From Gemmatimonadaceae bacterium (GTDB taxonomy: Bacteria > Gemmatimonadota > Gemmatimonadetes > Gemmatimonadales > Gemmatimonadaceae), in the NCBI GenBank assembly GCA_022843265.1, contig JALHNZ010000003.1:64645-128644 (forward strand): a stretch of 64,000 bases of DNA, read 5' to 3'. The position numbers and the translations under genes are program-made. This document shows positions 26,960 through 34,942 of the stretch, one piece after another. How positions within the stretch are numbered: the stretch's first letter is position 1; every line of letters starts with the position of its first letter. Under the pieces are notes generated by a model, which was not told where the DNA came from, searched no databases, and saw nothing but the letters and a program-made list of their open reading frames with translations.

Positions 26960-27979
26960 ATGCACATTCCGACCCGCACTACGGTGGCCATCCTGCTCGG
27001 TCTGGTCGTTGTGTCCGCCTGCCGAGTGCCCGCAGGCCGGACCGCCGATCGCCCGCACAAGGCCGTGTTCATTTTGCTCGACGGGATTCCGGCCGATGTG
27101 ATTGAACGCGTCAACACACCGGCGCTGGATGAGATTGCCGCGGCCGGTGGGTATACGCGGGCATATGTTGGCGGCGAGCGTGGGGGCCCAACGGAAACGC
27201 CCACCGTCTCGGCGCCAGGCTACATGAGCCTCATCACTGGTACATGGGCGAACAAACACAACGTGCGCGGTAACAGCAACCAGTCTCCGAATTACAACTA
27301 CTGGAACGTCTTCCGCATCGTTGAGTCCGCTGACGCGTCGCGTCAGACCGCGATTTTTTCCACCTGGCTCGACAACCGCACCGTGCTGCTCGGCGAAGGA
27401 CTTGCGGCGGCGGGCAATCTCACACTTGATCATGCGGTTGATGGTTTCGAAAAAGACACCATCGCGTATCCGCATGACAAAGAATCGCGATACATCAGAA
27501 CCATTGACGACCGCGTGACAACAGAAGCTGCCGCCTACATAACGATGAAGGGACCGGACCTCTCGTGGGTGTATCTGCAGCACACCGACGACATGGGCCA
27601 CGCGCACGGCGACAGCGACACGTTCTTTGCCTCAGTGCGTGAAGCCGATGCGCGAGTGGGGCGCATCTGGGAGGCGGTCAAACAGCGTCAGGCGCTGGGA
27701 GAGCAGTGGATGATCGTGGTGACCACCGACCACGGACGCGATGAACTCACGGGCAAGAACCACGGTCGGCAGTCAACACGTGAGCGCACGACGTGGATCG
27801 TGACAAATTCCGGCGAACTCGATGCACGCTTCACGAACGGAACGCCTGCGATTGTGGACATCGCGCCATCAATATTGCAGCACCTGCGCATTGCGGTGCC
27901 GGATGCCGTCGCGCAGGAAATGGATGGTGTGTCCTTTCTTCGCCAAGGATTTCCCGCTGCGCGCCGCGTCAGGAACTGA
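26960..27979 (+). CDS. Alkaline phosphatase superfamily enzyme (nucleotide pyrophosphatase/phosphodiesterase-like) lipoprotein
   Basis: ORF 26945..27979, ATG 26960. The lipobox is LGLVVVSAC. Metal/nucleophile blocks are FILLDGIPAD, TVSAPGYMSLITG, HTDDMGHAHG and VVTTDHGR. Confidence 0.75.
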   Translation: MHIPTRTTVAILLGLVVVSACRVPAGRTADRPHKAVFILLDGIPADVIERVNTPALDEIAAAGGYTRAYVGGERGGPTETPTVSAPGYMSLITGTWANKHNVRGNSNQSPNYNYWNVFRIVESADASRQTAIFSTWLDNRTVLLGEGLAAAGNLTLDHAVDGFEKDTIAYPHDKESRYIRTIDDRVTTEAAAYITMKGPDLSWVYLQHTDDMGHAHGDSDTFFASVREADARVGRIWEAVKQRQALGEQWMIVVTTDHGRDELTGKNHGRQSTRERTTWIVTNSGELDARFTNGTPAIVDIAPSILQHLRIAVPDAVAQEMDGVSFLRQGFPAARRVRN

Positions 27980-28060
27980 AACTTCAATCGCGAGTATTAG
28001 CACTGTTGTCCTGATTTCCGTCGTGCGCCCTGCGGCAACTTCAACAGCAAGAGCGTCCGA

Positions 28061-28813
28061 ATGATCGATAAAGAGTTTACCTCGAGTACAGTTGCCAAGC
28101 CCGCTGACGAGTTCGTCACACTCTGCGCGTGGACGCGTTCCGTTAGATACGAAGGGGAATGGATCAGCGTGGAGTCGTATCTGCAGCGCCGATACGGCGT
28201 GCGCACCAGCCACGGCATCTCTCCCAAGGGAGAGACGCTCATCGCCGCCGAGATCGCGCAGCTGACCACGAAGTCTGAAAACACGACGCAGAGCCAGCAC
28301 TCCGCGCTTACAAAACCGCGACGTCTGGCCGCGCTGAATGCCACAGGCCTTCTTGATAGCCCCAGTTCAACCGGGTTCGACCGACTCACCAGAATCGGTG
28401 CCCAGCTGCTCGGCGTATCGACCACCTTCATTTCGCTGGTCGACGAACATCGCGACTTCTACTTGAGCCACTGCGGCTTCGGTGAGCCGCTCGCGTCGTC
28501 ACGCCAGCTCACGGGGCAAACCTTTTGCCACTTTACGATCGAGGGCGAAGTGCCGCTGGTGATTCCGGATACACGCGCGCATCCCGTGTACCGGAATGTC
28601 CCAACGGTGGAATCGCTCGGCGTTGCCGCCTACCTCGGGGCGCCCCTCGTTCTGCTCTCCGGCGAAGTCATCGGGGCGTTTTGCGCGATCGACACGGTGC
28701 CTCACGCGTGGACGGATCTCCAGGTTCGGAATGCCGTCGACATGGCGAGCCTTGTGGTGTCTGAGATCGAACTCCGTCAGGCGTCCGTAGACACCCAGAA
28801 AGGGCGCGAGTAG
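28061..28813 (+). CDS. GAF domain protein with N-terminal degenerate Cys-motif mini-domain
   Basis: The GAF core is FDRLTRIGAQLLGVSTTFISLVDEHRDFYLSHCGF..FCHFTI..PLVIPDTRAHP..VAAYLGAPLV..GEVIGAFCAID. The N-terminus LCAWTRSVRYEGEWISVESYLQRRYGVRTSHGISPKG resembles the iCxxCkkiR..g.W..le.Y......SHGiCPeC module. Confidence 0.8.
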   Translation: MIDKEFTSSTVAKPADEFVTLCAWTRSVRYEGEWISVESYLQRRYGVRTSHGISPKGETLIAAEIAQLTTKSENTTQSQHSALTKPRRLAALNATGLLDSPSSTGFDRLTRIGAQLLGVSTTFISLVDEHRDFYLSHCGFGEPLASSRQLTGQTFCHFTIEGEVPLVIPDTRAHPVYRNVPTVESLGVAAYLGAPLVLLSGEVIGAFCAIDTVPHAWTDLQVRNAVDMASLVVSEIELRQASVDTQKGRE

Positions 28814-28845
28814 CGAGGGCGAACCCTTGCGACGATCCCGAAAAG

Positions 28846-28866
28846 GGGTTCCATTTTAAGGAACCC
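28846..28866 (+). terminator. Weak intrinsic-terminator-like hairpin after the GAF gene
   Basis: gggttcc (28846-28852) pairs with ggaaccc (28860-28866). The loop is attttaa and the hairpin is followed by tctt. Confidence 0.3.
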
Positions 28867-28882
28867 TCTTCGGGAGAAGCGC

Positions 28883-29566
28883 ATGCTGCGGACCGATTCG
28901 TTGCCGTACCTCTCAAGGCGCCTGCACGCGGCCACCGTGCGTGGCGCGGCCGCGTTCATGGCAGCGACTCTGTTGCTCGGGTGTGCATCGGGGCGCCAGC
29001 CGCTGCCCGCCACGCACGCTTCGGTGTCATCGCTGCCAGTAGACGGCGCGATTGCCTTCGGTGCGATCGATGAACTGGGCGCCAAGCCGGTAGTGCAGGT
29101 GCGTGACTTCTGGGGGCTGCGCACCGTGTCGGTCCTCGGCTTTTACGACGAGAATGCAACGTACGGGTTGCGCGCGGAAATCCGACCGGACGGAGATCTC
29201 ACGACGCCCCGCAGGCGTGGCGATCACCTGCTCTACATCAACAGCTTTGTAGTGGGCGCCAACGGTGGCTTCCGGCGTGCGTCAGTGGGTACGCGCGACA
29301 ATCCGCTGGTCGCCGGCTATCTGTTTGATCCGAACGCGTGCCTGAAGGGCCCGCCCTGTTCGCCCTACCAAAGTGTGACGCTCGGCATTCCCGACTCGGT
29401 GCTGCGAAACTCCCCCGACGGAATGGTGGTGCTGTTCGAGCGTCACACGCCAACGCAGTGGACCATTGTCTTGTCCGCCAAGATGGTTGCCACGTATCTG
29501 AACGCGGTTGACTCGGTATCGGCGGCACGTCGGGACATTCGATCGATGCGAGGTATCGATCGCTGA
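28883..29566 (+). CDS. Hypothetical lipoprotein
   Basis: ATG 28883 is preceded by GGGAGA at 28872-28877. The signal is ..AAFMAATLLLGCASG. I recognised no family. Confidence 0.55.
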   Translation: MLRTDSLPYLSRRLHAATVRGAAAFMAATLLLGCASGRQPLPATHASVSSLPVDGAIAFGAIDELGAKPVVQVRDFWGLRTVSVLGFYDENATYGLRAEIRPDGDLTTPRRRGDHLLYINSFVVGANGGFRRASVGTRDNPLVAGYLFDPNACLKGPPCSPYQSVTLGIPDSVLRNSPDGMVVLFERHTPTQWTIVLSAKMVATYLNAVDSVSAARRDIRSMRGIDR

Positions 29567-29616
29567 CGCTCGCGTTGGCCGTACCGAGTGCGCATCACCG
29601 TGGCGAAGAAGTGCGG

Positions 29617-29943
29617 TCAGTGATCCGCTGGATCAGGTGACGCCGGACCCGCTCGCGTGGGTGTAAAGGAAGGCGGGTCCGACGCCGGAAAGGAGTCGTC
29701 AGCGGCTTCGTCCACGACATCGCCCGGGTGCGCTTCGAGGAACTCCTCACCCGCCGCAAGATCCACCTGCTGCGCTTCGGCGGCGGCCCGACGTTCGCCT
29801 GCTTCGTCCGCGCTAATGAGCGCGTCGAGCTCAGCCGCGCCGGCCGACTCATTGTCTCCCGCGCTCAAATCGGTGGAAATCCGCCGAGCAACTGGATCCG
29901 GTTGCCCGCGCTGGCGCTGAGTTCGCTTGCTGTGAGAACGCAT
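29617..29943 (-). CDS. Small acidic hypothetical protein with C-terminal SFPASDPP motif
   Basis: ORF 29617..29979, ATG 29941-29943. The product is highly acidic and Ala-rich. It carries the motif DDSFPASDPPSFTP, which I recall from small stress-associated proteins of unknown function. Confidence 0.45.
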   Translation of the reverse strand: MRSHSKRTQRQRGQPDPVARRISTDLSAGDNESAGAAELDALISADEAGERRAAAEAQQVDLAAGEEFLEAHPGDVVDEAADDSFPASDPPSFTPTRAGPASPDPADH

Positions 29944-30054
29944 TGGACTGACCTCGTGATGTGAAGGTGCGCATATCATACGACGACGTTCATGAGGTCT
30001 GAATATCCCGGAAAGCGCGCGGCGAGAATATCGCTCTTTCGGGCTGAATACAAC

Positions 30055-30447
30055 CTATTCTGTGGTCTTGCCGTCAAAGTGCTCACTGTCAGCCTCAGCG
30101 TCCGCTCGCGTGTGGTGCACCACGCCGTCTCGGTGATTGGGCGGTGAGTAGAGAGTGTAGAGCTTGAGCGGAACGCTGCCCATATTGATGATATTGTGCT
30201 TCGCTCCAGCGGGCACGATGATGGCATATCCCGGCAGAAGAGCCGTGCGCACACCGTCCAGCATCGCCTCTCCGGTTCCGGCTTCGACGCGAAAGAATTG
30301 ATCCAGCGTGTGCACTTCCGCTCCGATCTCTTCTTGCGGCTTGAGCGACATGACCACGAGTTGGCAATGCTTCGCCGTGTACAACACGCGGCGGAAATCG
30401 GTATTCGTGACGGCGATGCTCTCAATGTCCTGTACGAACCCTTTCAT
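30055..30447 (-). CDS. Cupin domain protein
   Basis: 130 aa with the cupin motifs GAEVHTLDQFFRVEAGTGEA and IIVPAGAKHNIIN. Confidence 0.8.
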   Translation of the reverse strand: MKGFVQDIESIAVTNTDFRRVLYTAKHCQLVVMSLKPQEEIGAEVHTLDQFFRVEAGTGEAMLDGVRTALLPGYAIIVPAGAKHNIINMGSVPLKLYTLYSPPNHRDGVVHHTRADAEADSEHFDGKTTE

Positions 30448-30539
30448 GATGCTGCTCCGGCGTTGAACGACTGTTCCTTCACAACCCGCCGCGTCGTCGC
30501 AACGGCATCAGAGATGCACACTTCGTGGCGCCGCGCGCT

Positions 30540-31100
30540 TTACGGCGGCGTTCCAAGCGCCTCTGCAAAGTACCCTGCCACGTCAACGCGCAACACATCG
30601 TGCGCGCCTTTGGGTTGCCACTCCAGCACCGTTTCCGTAACCAGATCTTCGGTATTGCTTCGCACCACGCGGATGCTCCGACTCCAGCGGTCCACAATCC
30701 AATACTCCGCGACGCCAATTCGCATGTAAAATGCACGCTTCTGTTCGTGGTCGCGGCGTCGGGTCGTCGCAGAAAGGATTTCCACCACCAAAAGAGGCGT
30801 TGGCATCTCCGCCCACGTGTCCGGCAACGAACGCATCGCCGGTCGCACCACGAGATCGGGTTCAACTTCAGATCCCAGTGTGCGCACGACGGCATGCGGT
30901 GTGTAGACACGCCCAATGTGTTGCGACTGCACGTAAGGTACCAGCCGCGATAACAACGCCGCCGCCAGTTCCTCGTGCGCCGTAGAGGGAGCCGGCGTCA
31001 CGAACAGCTCGCCGTCAACCAACTCGTACCTGTTGCCGTCGTTGGGCAGACGATCAAGCTCGGCCAGCGTCCACGCACGTGTTGAAAGCGCCATAAGCAT
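30540..31100 (-). CDS. Uma2 family (DUF820) restriction-endonuclease-fold protein
   Basis: ORF 30540..31178; start ATG 31098-31100 or 31092-31094. Diagnostic blocks are WTLAELDRLPNDGNRYELVDGELFVTPAPSTAHEE, EVEPDLVVRP, PLLVVEILS and GVAEYWIVD. Confidence 0.8.
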   Translation of the reverse strand: MLMALSTRAWTLAELDRLPNDGNRYELVDGELFVTPAPSTAHEELAAALLSRLVPYVQSQHIGRVYTPHAVVRTLGSEVEPDLVVRPAMRSLPDTWAEMPTPLLVVEILSATTRRRDHEQKRAFYMRIGVAEYWIVDRWSRSIRVVRSNTEDLVTETVLEWQPKGAHDVLRVDVAGYFAEALGTPP

Positions 31101-31318
31101 GATCCGTGTGTCCTCGGTGATTGGGGTCGTGTGCGCATGAGCGAGTCTGCGCCATCGCATCGAGTTGACCGTCACCATTCTGCTGCGACCCCAATCAGCG
31201 TCACGCCAGCTTCCAAACGCTACGCTCGGCGACGGCGCCGAGTCAATGCGCTATCGCACGCGAGGCATAGTCAATCATGATGCTACACCACTCGAGGCTG
31301 GCTTGGTCGAGCGTTTCT

Positions 31319-31927
31319 CTATTGCTCAACCATCCTGCGTCGCCGGGCGACGGCGGCAATGCCTATGAGGCCGACCGCAGCGAGCGCGACGCCGGACGGT
31401 TCCGGTACAAGCGCGATCTGCCCGCGGATTTCACCACCGGGAAACGCTTCCGTGTGCAGGTTAACGTAGGTTGTACCCTCATCCATCCTGTCGAGCAGTC
31501 GGGCTTTTGCTAACGCAGCGGTACCGCCACTCGACATCACGAACGCGGCGTTGTACGTGGATGCGATGTCCAAATCGAACCAGGTATCATACGAGCCGCT
31601 TGTGGTACCGGGAAGTCCGGTGAAGCCGATCGCCACGCCGGCGTTGATGTCCGGTGTCGCGCAGCAATGGATATGGGCTGCCTCGAGCGGCGTCTGGAGA
31701 CCGTTCCACTGCATCGACACGTTTAACACATTGAGCGCAGGGCCACTGAGCGAGAAGAGCGCGAAGCCGGTGCCGGGCGATGCGTTGGGTGGCACCTCTC
31801 GCGCGCCGCTCATCTGCGCGACCCATGATTGCGCGCCAACGGGGGCGGTCGCCGAGGCGGCAAGCAAAAGGGCGATCGCGAGGCGGCCGAGCTGCGCAGC
31901 GGGCGCACGGGAGAGAAAGAACGGCAT
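31319..31927 (-). CDS. CHRD domain protein with C-terminal PEP-CTERM sorting signal
   Basis: ORF 31319..32053. ATG 31925-31927 gives the signal MPFFLSRAPAAQLGRLAIALLLAASATAPVGAQ. CHRD-like blocks are MSGAREVPPNASPGTGFALFSL, EAAHIHC and YVNLHTEAFPGGEIRGQI. The C-terminus VPEPSGVALAAVGLIGIAAVARRRR is a PEP-CTERM signal. Confidence 0.75.
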   Translation of the reverse strand: MPFFLSRAPAAQLGRLAIALLLAASATAPVGAQSWVAQMSGAREVPPNASPGTGFALFSLSGPALNVLNVSMQWNGLQTPLEAAHIHCCATPDINAGVAIGFTGLPGTTSGSYDTWFDLDIASTYNAAFVMSSGGTAALAKARLLDRMDEGTTYVNLHTEAFPGGEIRGQIALVPEPSGVALAAVGLIGIAAVARRRRMVEQ

Positions 31928-32071
31928 CGAACACTCCGGTTGGGATGTGGAGGCGGCATGCGAGGTATCGTTGCCCGCCTGGGTAATGAGGCGGGAGAAA
32001 AGCGCGAACAGGCTCATGTCGCTCGACAACTGACAAGTGTGCTGGATCGCCAATCCGGTGCATTTCGCATG

Positions 32072-32458
32072 CTATTTCTGCTGCGCAATCTGCAGCAGGT
32101 TGCCACACGTGTCATCGAACACGGCGGTAATCACCGGACCAAAGTCTGTAGGCGGCTGCACAAAATGCACGCCCTTTTCGACGAGCGATTTGTGCGTGGC
32201 GTGCACATCAGCCACGGCGAACGAGTTAAACGGAATCCCGTCTTCCACCAGCGCATTTTTGAACGGCGGCACCGCCGGATGCGACGACGGTTCGAGCACA
32301 ATCTCCGGACCATCCGCGCGATCGGGCGCCACCACAGTGAGCCACCGATGTTCGCCGAGCGGAATGTCGTGCTTTACCTGGAAGCCGAGCGTTTGTGTGT
32401 AGAAGTCAAGGGCTTTCGCCTGGTCGTCGACAAAGATTGAGGTGAGGGTGATGTGCAT
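32072..32458 (-). CDS. VOC family (glyoxalase-like) protein
   Basis: ORF 32072..32491, ATG 32456-32458. The sequence is MHITLTSIFVDDQAKALDFYTQTLGFQVKHD..AVFDDTCGNLLQI. Confidence 0.8.
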   Translation of the reverse strand: MHITLTSIFVDDQAKALDFYTQTLGFQVKHDIPLGEHRWLTVVAPDRADGPEIVLEPSSHPAVPPFKNALVEDGIPFNSFAVADVHATHKSLVEKGVHFVQPPTDFGPVITAVFDDTCGNLLQIAQQK

Positions 32459-32781
32459 GGGGGGAGTGTGTGGGAGGTGGGACTGAGCCAACGACTGGTG
32501 ATCAGCGAGAGCGGGGCGGGGTCCAGATCGTGATGCTTGCAGCGGCCGACCTTTCGCGTCCGCACAAGCCCGACTTCCTCAAGCACGGCCAGATGTTGAC
32601 TTACCGCTTGCCGACTGAGCGACAGGCCATGTTTCATGGTGAGCCGCGCGACGAGCGAGAAGAGCGTCTGCCCATTTTCTTCGCGCAGTTCGTCGAGCAA
32701 TGCGCGACGAGCGGGAGTGGCAAGGGCTTCGAAGATGTCGGTCACACGCTGTAAATAGGCAAGTGGCAGCTTGCATGTCAA
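32374..32781 (-). CDS. ArsR/SmtB-type winged-helix transcriptional regulator
   Basis: IFEALATPARRALLDELREENGQTLFSLVARL..LSRQAVSQHLAVLEEVGLVRTRKVGRCKHHDL. The 3' end overlaps the downstream VOC gene by 85 nt with a low-complexity tail. The start could be the GTG at VTDIF instead of the ATG. Confidence 0.7.
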   Translation of the reverse strand: MTCKLPLAYLQRVTDIFEALATPARRALLDELREENGQTLFSLVARLTMKHGLSLSRQAVSQHLAVLEEVGLVRTRKVGRCKHHDLDPAPLSLITSRWLSPTSHTLPPCTSPSPQSLSTTRRKPLTSTHKRSASR

Positions 32782-32853
32782 GGCGCGCGGAAAAGCTCAG
32801 ATCGAGGCGATTCGCGCCGGTATTCGCCATCGCCGCGCGCTAGTCACTCGCGC

Positions 32854-32902
32854 TTGACGCAGCGGTCGAGCAACGACTATTTTCAACCAGTCTTCAACCA
32901 GT
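32854..32902 (+). promoter_or_regulatory. Candidate promoter plus direct-repeat operator upstream of the phd/vapC pair
   Basis: TTGACG (32854-32859), an 18-nt spacer, then TATTTT (32878-32883). A 10-bp direct repeat ttcaaccagt lies at 32882-32891 and 32893-32902 (11-bp periodicity). GGAGGA at 32904-32909 precedes the GTG start at 32916. Confidence 0.3.
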
Positions 32903-32915
32903 TGGAGGATCGATC

Positions 32916-33164
32916 GTGGAGTCTATCGCTGCCTTTGACGCTAAAACCAGGCTGAGCGAGTTGCTTGATCGTGCCGCTAAAGGCGAGACCTTCGAGATCA
33001 CGAAGCACGGACGCCCCGTTGGCAAGCTGGGCCCACCCGATTCCGCGCGCGACCCGAAGGTGGTGGCCGAGGCCGTCCAGCGGCTGAAGGGCTATCGCGG
33101 CGCCCTCAAACGCATGGACCGCGACGATGTGGTGGGGCTCAAGCACGAGGGCCATCGCTTCTGA
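32916..33164 (+). CDS. Type II antitoxin, Phd/YefM family
   Basis: GTG start. The sequence MESIAAFDAKTRLSELLDRAAKGETFEITKHGRPVGKL is typical of the Phd/YefM N-terminus. The stop overlaps the vapC ATG by 1 nt. Confidence 0.8.
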   Translation: MESIAAFDAKTRLSELLDRAAKGETFEITKHGRPVGKLGPPDSARDPKVVAEAVQRLKGYRGALKRMDRDDVVGLKHEGHRF

Positions 33165-33574
33165 TGGCGGTGATTCCCGATGTGTCGGCCATACTCGCCT
33201 TGGCGCTCGAAGACGAGGACGCCTCGTTCGCCGAGTCGGTACTCGAGGCGATCGCCGCCGACGAAGCCATCGTGCCCACGCTGTTCTGGTTCGAGATTCG
33301 CAACGTGCTGCTCATGGCCGAGCGTCGCAAACGAATCGCCGCAGCGCAAACCACGGCCTTTCTCTCCGATCTTGCCCTCCTCACGTTCGCCGTGGACGAT
33401 TTACCACGCGAGGCTGCGGTGCTCGACCTCGCGCGGCGCCGGTCGCTCACGGTGTACGACGCGGCGTATCTTGAACTCGCGCTGCGTCGCAACGCGCCGC
33501 TGGCGACCCTTGATCAGGCACTGATTGTGGCCGCCAGGAAAGAGGGCGCCACCCTGTTCAAGCCCGGCAAGTAG
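33164..33574 (+). CDS. vapC: Type II toxin, PIN-domain ribonuclease VapC
   Basis: MAVIPDVSAILALALEDED..TLFWFEIRNVLL..LTVYDAAYLELALRRNAPLATLDQAL carries the PIN acidic residues D6, E and D. Confidence 0.85.
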   Translation: MAVIPDVSAILALALEDEDASFAESVLEAIAADEAIVPTLFWFEIRNVLLMAERRKRIAAAQTTAFLSDLALLTFAVDDLPREAAVLDLARRRSLTVYDAAYLELALRRNAPLATLDQALIVAARKEGATLFKPGK

Positions 33575-33596
33575 ACACGCACACATCGCCCCCGCA

Positions 33597-34133
33597 TCAG
33601 TCCGCGAACAGCTTCGCATACTCCTTGTGCAACTGTTGCCAACCGGCGGTCTTGAGCGCGTCCATTCCGGCAATGCGGCCAAGTGGAGTGCCCGCGAGCC
33701 AATGATCCAGAACGTCGAAGCACACATGCCAGCCCGCGGCTCCCATCGCGATGTAGCGGCGATCAATGCGTGTCCATAGGGTGAGCTGAGTTCCGGAGCC
33801 GTGCGGCTCCAACTCCCAGCGCATATCACTGCCGCCCCAGTTGTACACCAGCAGCCGAGGCGGCTCGGCGCGGAGCACCGTCGTCTCCGATTCCACAGGC
33901 GCACCGGCGTTCACGGTTGAGAGCTTCACTTTCGAGCCGGCAACCGCGAGGCTGCCGTTGGCATCAAACGGCGCCCACTCGCGCAGCTGCGCCGGGTCGG
34001 TCAGGGCTTGCCACACGAGCTCAGGCGCGTGTCGCAACTCGCGCGCAATGATCAGTCCCCAACTATCGCCGTCCTCGCGCAACACTCGCGCCTGACCGTT
34101 GGCGCTCGGTTCGTACTCATCGTGATTGCGCAT
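33597..34133 (-). CDS. SRPBCC family protein (AHSA1/START-like)
   Basis: ELRHAPELVWQALTDPAQLREWAPFD..LLVYNWGG..LRWELEPHGSGTQLTLW is typical of the Aha1-like SRPBCC family. Confidence 0.8.
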   Translation of the reverse strand: MRNHDEYEPSANGQARVLREDGDSWGLIIARELRHAPELVWQALTDPAQLREWAPFDANGSLAVAGSKVKLSTVNAGAPVESETTVLRAEPPRLLVYNWGGSDMRWELEPHGSGTQLTLWTRIDRRYIAMGAAGWHVCFDVLDHWLAGTPLGRIAGMDALKTAGWQQLHKEYAKLFAD

Positions 34134-34139
34134 TGGGCG

Positions 34140-34517
34140 CTACGCTCCCACCGGCGAGCGCACAAACCGACCGTACGCCACGAACGCGAGCAACAGCGCC
34201 ATGAGCACGCTGAACACGAGTGGATTCTCGGCCGAAAATCGCGTGGAGTAGCGCGCATAAAACATCGAAATTGCGAGCGCCTCGACGAGCATCAACACTG
34301 CAACCGTCGACGTGTGGTTGGGCAAGAATCGCATTGACGCAGGCAGCACCAGCAAGACACCGCCAGCAACCTCGATCACGCCAATGATCTGCCAGAGCAG
34401 CGGTGAAATCGCTGAAAACTGTGTGGTCAGTTGTGCGGCGCTGAACACTTTGTAACCACCGCCGGAAATGAGCAGCAGCGCAAGTATGGCCTGAGTGATC
34501 CAGAGCAGGATGTTCAT
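34140..34517 (-). CDS. DoxX-like membrane protein
   Basis: 125 aa with four TM segments. The N-terminus is MNILLWITQAILALLLISGGGYKVF. Confidence 0.7.
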   Translation of the reverse strand: MNILLWITQAILALLLISGGGYKVFSAAQLTTQFSAISPLLWQIIGVIEVAGGVLLVLPASMRFLPNHTSTVAVLMLVEALAISMFYARYSTRFSAENPLVFSVLMALLLAFVAYGRFVRSPVGA

Positions 34518-34544
34518 GAGTCGGGGAGTGGGAGTGGTGGTGGA

Positions 34545-34880
34545 CTACTTCTCAGCCGCGTCAGTCGCGGCGGCGGCTTGCACGCGGTCCAGATGACGCT
34601 CGAGCGCGTCGATGTGCGGCGTCCAGAACCGACGGAACGGTTCGAGCCAGCTGTCGAGTGACTGCAGCGGCTCGGGGCGCAGCCGGTAGCGGCGGCGCTG
34701 CGCATCAATAGTCGCTTCCACGAAGCCCGCCTCACGCAGCACGCGCAGATGTTTCGAGACGGCCGGCTGCGACATGTGCAGCCGGCGTTCGATGTCGCCT
34801 ACCGACTGCTCTTCGTTGAGCAGCAGTGCGAGAATGGCGCGGCGGTGGGGTTCGGCGAGGACGGCGAAGACAGATTCCAT
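34545..34880 (-). CDS. ArsR/SmtB family transcriptional regulator
   Basis: VFAVLAEPHRRAILALLLNEEQSVGDIERRLHMSQPAVSKHLRVLREAGFV. It is the first gene of an ArsR-DoxX-SRPBCC array. Confidence 0.85.
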   Translation of the reverse strand: MESVFAVLAEPHRRAILALLLNEEQSVGDIERRLHMSQPAVSKHLRVLREAGFVEATIDAQRRRYRLRPEPLQSLDSWLEPFRRFWTPHIDALERHLDRVQAAAATDAAEK

Positions 34881-34886
34881 GCCAGT

Positions 34887-34906
34887 ATATACGCAGTCGC
34901 GTATAT
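34887..34906. promoter_or_regulatory. 20-bp palindrome (candidate ArsR operator) 6 nt upstream of the arsR-type start codon
   Basis: atatacgc agtc gcgtatat at 34887-34906 has perfect 8-bp arms. It is AT-rich and could also contain the -10 element. Confidence 0.4.
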
Positions 34907-34942
34907 GCCTGTCAAGGCATGAAATCTCGGCGCTTTTAGTCT

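Noticed and set aside
30540-34880. Possible genomic island (Uma2, PEP-CTERM protein, TA pair, small regulators)
   Set aside because: There is no integrase, transposase, tRNA or flanking direct repeats, and no obvious GC shift by eye. I treat it as an ordinary accessory-type neighbourhood rather than a defined mobile element.
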